In this document: positions 58,862 to 64,000 of the stretch, in pieces
How positions within the stretch are numbered: the first letter of the stretch is position 1
Layout: each line of letters opens with the position of its first letter
Source of the DNA: Amoebophrya sp. A120
Lineage: Eukaryota; Protista; Dinoflagellata
Direction: 5' to 3'
Assembly: GCA_905178155.1 (NCBI GenBank)
Contig: CAJINV010000007.1
Location: 1,457,341 to 1,521,340 of the forward strand
DNA length: 64,000 bases
Notes under the pieces: generated by a model
The model's database searches: none
What the model was told of the DNA's origin: nothing
Seen by the model: only the letters and a program-made list of their open reading frames with translations
Position numbers and translations under genes: made by a program

Positions 58862-60159
58862 ATGCGCGGTAGCCTTCGCGCTGATTGGGGCGCTTCGCAC
58901 GCTTTTGGTTACCAATATCGCCCTCCGGGCGCGACCTTAATAAGAACGCTGTACGTTGTTTCTGTTTCCGCGCGCGGCCCGCGACCGACATACTCTGCCC
59001 AAAAATACCTTGCGACAGCTGCGCCCAAAGAGCACTTCGCTTAATCCATGTATGGCATTGTTTCGTGTTGAAACTTTAATCATAAGTTGTATTGAAAAAC
59101 TGATGCGGCTGCATCGAAGCAGCGGCCGCGCCCCGTCAAACGCCCATCTTTTGCTGCAGTAACGCCCCTCTGCGATGCGCCCGCGCCCCGTCGTGCGTTT
59201 TCGTTGTTGCGTTTCAGGGAGGTGATTCTGTAGACTTACAATCTCGTGCAGTAAACAATATTCAAACCCTAATTCGTGCACATGTTCAGCAATAAAAAAA
59301 GTTTCTCGTCAGTCGTCAAAAATCCGCTGAACAAATTTCGTACACATGTGAACTCGTACCTGCAACGTTTTCATCGTACAAGAAAAGTCGTTCTTCAGTC
59401 GCGCATTGCCCTGTGCTTGTCGCAGTTGATGCGTTCGGTTCTGCGTTCGTCCTACTCCTACTTTTTCTGCCTAAGTACTTTCGTCCTACCTAGGTACGTT
59501 CGTCCTCGTCGGTGTCTCACACTGAAACCCTTCTTCCAAACCCTAACCCAAAAGACAGGGACTTCGACGCCGCGCACGGTTTTTGTGCGGCCTAATATAC
59601 AAATCATTTGAAACTTTTTTGCGTAAGTACTAAAAGTGCTAAGTAAGTACGTAGCGTTCAGCCCTACCTGTTCTAGTTCAAGAATAATAAAGTCAGGAGT
59701 CACGTACGCGTGTAGTCTAAATGTTGGACGATTTCAATTTTCTGGATTTTCTCAACGACCGGCGCACCGGCGTGGGGTATTTACTGTTCTGTATGTCCTT
59801 CATCCTCGCCGTTTTTGTCCTAGATTTTCTCCATCGCCCCGCCGTCTGGCCGCCCGCGACCGCGGTCACCGTCAACCTGGAGCCCGTGCAACCCTTACCG
59901 CCGCGCTCGCAGTTTGCGAACTTGTACCCGCCGAGGCAGAACTGACAAGTAGTTGGAAGATTTCTTGTGAAAGGACCGCGGCGTTGACGTTGTACTTCAA
60001 ACGAAGAATCGTACTAGATCTAGTAGAATTCCGGCTTGCTGACGAAGAAGTTCGTTGCGGAAGAACATTTTTACCAACAAGAGAAAGCCAGCAGGGTGAC
60101 CACGCCTGGGAAATAAATTATTACATGTAGAAAAATCCTACGGCACAGCCAAGTAGAAG

Positions 60160-63100
60160 ATGAGCGAAAGGAAAAAATCGTCGAAGGCCCCAGATGAGCA
60201 AGCGCCTTCGGGCGGAGTTCCGCCTGATATTAATAAAGCTGGAACGGGACGAAAAATGAACAAGCCGGCACTGCTGGCAGATGCTCCGGGTCTGGACCCG
60301 CACGTGTACGGTGTGTTAGGTATGGCCTCTGCCGTAAGTTCAGTGGCCTCGTCAAAAGCAACAACCGAAGAGGAAGATGATCTTTCAGTCTCAACCCCAG
60401 AAGCAGAAGCAGGGGGTGGACTACAACAGCAGCCAGCACGAGGCGCGCCAGTTCGAAAAGAAACCAAGCTCAAGAACAAGCAGAAGAAAGAGAAAAAACA
60501 AAAACGCGACCGTGCTGTCACTTCTAGCCCGGAAGACGAGGAAGCGAGAAAGGAGAAGAAGAAAAGAAAGAAACTCGCAGCCCTCGCGTCTGCACGGGCG
60601 CCGGAGTTGGTGAGTGGCATGGACGATGGTGGTACTTCCTCGATTATGACCAGCAGTGTAGAAGTTACCAGCAAAGAGACCAGTGAAAGTGCTGAAGATC
60701 GCTCCGCAGCACGAGACAAGCAGCGGACGACAACCAGCGCAAGAAAGACAAGCAAGCAAATAGATACTGAAGTACTAGGGCAAGCAGGCCACGATGCTGA
60801 CAGCAATAATCATTCTGCGGTGCTGCCACCTTCGCCGAAAACCAGCATCGTTCACCAGCAACAACCGCCCGCGCCCACGACCTCTCCGACGGAAGCGGCC
60901 CGGGCCAGTGCGGCGGAGGCACTTGGACTGACGAAAAACCGCGTTTCCCAGCAGCTGCCGATAATGGGGCAGACCATCTACGCATCCATGGACGGTCAAT
61001 CTTCTTCGGGGATCGTTTCTCCGAACGGATCCCGGCAAGGGTACGACTTTTACCCCCTGAAGAGTACCGCCTCGACCCTGAAGCGGAGAACGGATGCGGC
61101 CGACGAGGAAAACTTTGCGAGCGCGGCCACCGCCAGAGCAACGCGCGCTTCGCCGACGGAGGCGCGAGGAGACCGGATCAGCGAAACTGCAGTAAAAACA
61201 GGCGCAGCTGTGGTCCCTGCACCGAAGGACACGATCGGGGAAAATTTCATTCCGGCCAGCATAGTACCACCTACTGCAGGAGCAGGAGCTAATGAAGCTA
61301 AAGGAAAGGGCAAGGTTGGTGGTCAAAACACACCTCCGGCTCCACCCGCGAAGGGGCCCGGCCCCAAACCCGAAGGAAACACGCCCGCGCCTCCGGCGGT
61401 GCCCGCGAAGGGCAACAAACCGTCGCCGCCAGCGACTCCAACCGGCAAAAATATGAAGGGCGCACCCGTGCCCGCAGTTCCCCCGGCTGCGAATAAAGGG
61501 GCCGCGGGTATCAAAGGAGGAAAAATAAATAAAGCAGGAGCCCCCGCCGCCGTGCCGCCGACGGAGGGGGCGGCAAAGGGGAAAAAGCCCGCCGGAAAAA
61601 ACGCGAACTCAGGCTGGAGCTCTTCACGAACAGCGTCTCCTGCGCAAAACTCGGATACCTCGACGGGCAGCCGGATCAAACCGCCTGCCGTCGTGTCTAC
61701 TACCACGAATGATTTCACTTCGGAGTTGCAGCGGAAGTTGGAGCAGCGGTCGAAAAGGAAAACGGCGGATCCGGGCGTCGAACAACCGGTCGCCTCCCAC
61801 CCGCCGACGGGCCCCAAAGACGCCTTCGGGTCGGAGCTGCAGCGAAAATTGGAGCAGCGCTCAAAGAAGAACGCTGCGAAGGACGCTGGGGGAGCAGTTA
61901 TCCTGGACCCGATCGCGCGCCGGCCTGGCAGCGTCGGACCAACGGAAACCGTGGGCGTTTTGCAGGGATTTCAGTTTGTAAAATCTTCCGGTTCGGGGAA
62001 GAAAGCTGCTGCTACTGGTGGCCCTGTTGATACTACTGATAGTACAACTACAGCAGGAGCTGCAACAGCGGCAGTGGACCCGCAAAGTAAAACCACGAAG
62101 ACGCAACAGCAGGCTCCTCCGGGTAAGATCTCTACGACACTGCTGGCAAACAACAACAATAACGTAGGAACACCCGCAGAGATCAACATAGACATACCGA
62201 GAGCTGCTTCTTCGAAAACGGCAGCGGGGCCACCACCAATCGTGCCACCTAGTAGACGAACCACGAAGGCGAAATCTTCACCGGCAGACGAGAAGCAGAA
62301 CAAGATACAGTTCAATAGAAATTTGATCCAGCCCGAAGTGAACATCAATGCGTCCCACCCGGGGCTGATCGTCGATTTGACCGCCTCCCACGCGATTATC
62401 GCGGTGGACACGGCGCCGAACGAAAAGGAGAAACTGTTTGAAGTGGATCCGCTGACCGGGGCGGTCAACTGGAAGAACCCCATGAGCGAGAAGTCCATGG
62501 CCGCGAAGCGCGCGGTGGACTACGCGGCCCAAGACGTCGGGGAGACGAAGCAGTTTTGGCAGCAGATGGTGCAAACCGGGGGGAATAAAACGCAGGCGAT
62601 GAAGATGGTGACCGCACGGGGGCCAAAACAAGATGGAGCAGGAAATAAGACCGTCAAATTTGGCGCAGCTCAGGATTACGAGCCGACTGCGGTTCATCTC
62701 GCAGAAGAAAACGTGGCGGATATGACGTACTTATATTTATTAGCATAGCAAACCTTACGTAGTGTTTTGTGATTTCATGGAAAAATACTAGTTTGACTTT
62801 GGCACGAAAAGTAGCACTTTTTTTCTCTAAAAAATGATCTTCTGCAGCTTCTGCCTGTCATCGACTTGTTTATGTTGATCTATCAAAAGTTAGTAGAAGG
62901 AAAATCAGAAACCAAAACTCCACGAATACGAAAACGAATCACTTTCACAGCGCATCCCAGCTGGGTGCCCAGGGTAAAACAGTTCAAGTTTTCCGCAAAA
63001 CCAAGACCGGACGGGGGACGCAAGCTCCCCGGGAAACTGAGTTTGTGCTCCTGCACCTGCCGCAGGAATCCCAAACGGATATTCTGCCGGGAGGCGGGCC

Positions 63101-64000
63101 TCAGCGGAATATGCGGCGGAAGCGCGGCCCTTTGTCAACGGATAACTTGTACGGGAACCCCCAAAGTTATGGACTTCTCAAATGTTACATTCTCAACTGT
63201 TACATGAATTTGTAATGCAAGACTGGCAAAAGTGAAAGGAGGAAGATTGCGCCTTTTGCATTACAAGAAGTTTAGCGCAGATTCAGATGCTGCTTAGCCC
63301 TTCCGAGATTTGTCATGCGAAGCAGCTCGATCATCTGCCGGCTGAAGGTGCTTTTGCATGACAAATTCATGTAGCAGTTGAGAATGTAACGTTTGAGAAC
63401 GCCATAAAAGTATGAACAAGATAAACGGGACGTTTCAACCCACCGCTACGCACCTAGTACAAACCGGACGACCTGCGAATTACGGCAGTATGGAGCCGAA
63501 CTCGTCTCGGCCGAGACCAACGCGAGACCCCTCCGATTCCGGCACGATTTTGCTGATCATTGTGTGCGTCGTGGCGGGTTTGGCACTGGTTGCGGGGATC
63601 GTCGTGACGATTGTGTGCTGCAGTAATTACGCGGCGGATTCGGGCCCTGCTTCGTCGGACACCGCGACAACGACTATCGGAGCAGCTGGTGCTGTATCTT
63701 CACCTCCAAGTGCTGTGTTGCAGCTTGGCGATGGAAGGCAACGTGGCGAAACCGAAAGAAAGTACGGCACTACTGGTGAGGACCGTAGTACTTCTAGTAC
63801 GGCCGCACTAGTACCTGCAGAACGTCGTAGTACAGAGACACAGTTGTCAGCAGCATCTGCGGCCGCACGAACCGATGCGGAAGATTCCCCGCCGGGTGAG
63901 AAAAATACGCAAGGGCAAGAAGTAGTACCACGTGCCGAAGATTCTGCTGTATCGTGGAGTCAATTCATCCAAGGAGAAAGTACACCGAGAACAAATAGCT
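60160..64000 (+). CDS. Pro/Ala/Lys-rich protein with a transmembrane helix, 3'-partial
   Basis: Exons 60160-62726, 62951-63167, 63412->64000 joined by GT-AG intron 62727-62950 and introner E25; the last exon is open to the window end and encodes ILLIIVCVVAGLALVAGIVVTIVCC. Confidence 0.75.
63168..63406. mobile_element. Introner E25, family C (239 bp)
   Basis: TIR tatggacttctcaaatgttacattctcaactg / cagttgagaatgtaacgtttgagaacgccata; direct repeat aaagt; removing 244 nt gives NPQS|MNKI. Confidence 0.93.

Larger units (their letters stand above)
55668..58997. repeat. Three direct copies of a 51-60 bp repeat
   Basis: (t)aataagaacgctgtacgttgtttctgtttccgcgcgcggcccgcgacc(g/a)ac at 55668-55727, 57831-57881 and 58938-58997; copies 1 and 3 match at 59 of 60 bases. 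Confidence 0.92.

Noticed and set aside
55668-58997. CRISPR array or spliced-leader RNA genes
   Set aside because: Only three copies 1-2 kb apart, no cas genes, eukaryotic context, and no match to the dinoflagellate leader DCCGTAGCCATTTTGGCTCAAG.

Overview
Eukaryotic genomic DNA with about 11 protein-coding genes, all on the + strand. The architecture matches what is described for the parasitic dinoflagellate Amoebophrya (Syndiniales); this assignment is inferred from gene structure only. The dominant signal is 25 short insertions (mostly 150-400 bp) sitting inside coding exons. They fall into about 7 terminal-inverted-repeat (TIR) families, start TA(T/C), end AT(A/G) and are mostly flanked by 5-bp direct repeats. 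For 24 of them, removing the element plus exactly 5 nt rejoins the flanking ORFs in frame. At that length 22 of the 24 have no GT-AG, GC-AG or AT-AC register, and members of one family occur in both orientations. They look like non-canonical, MITE-like introns (introners) and share an internal GCATNACAA motif. Removing them rebuilds a ~2056-aa protein with multiple bacterial-type PH-like domains (11 introners) and a ~1318-aa IQ/B-box protein (8 introners plus 5 GT-AG introns). Other genes include a ppGalNAc-transferase, an M48 (Oma1-like) peptidase and a cold-shock protein. One introner holds a three-level nest ending in a 5'-truncated RNase H non-LTR retrotransposon with a structured 3' region. 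Two further GC-rich inserts (51.6-52.9 kb and 55.6-59.1 kb) have 45-60 bp direct repeats, iteron-like arrays and long hairpins, and I cannot assign them to a known class. No autonomous transposase is visible. All coordinates and frames were counted by hand.
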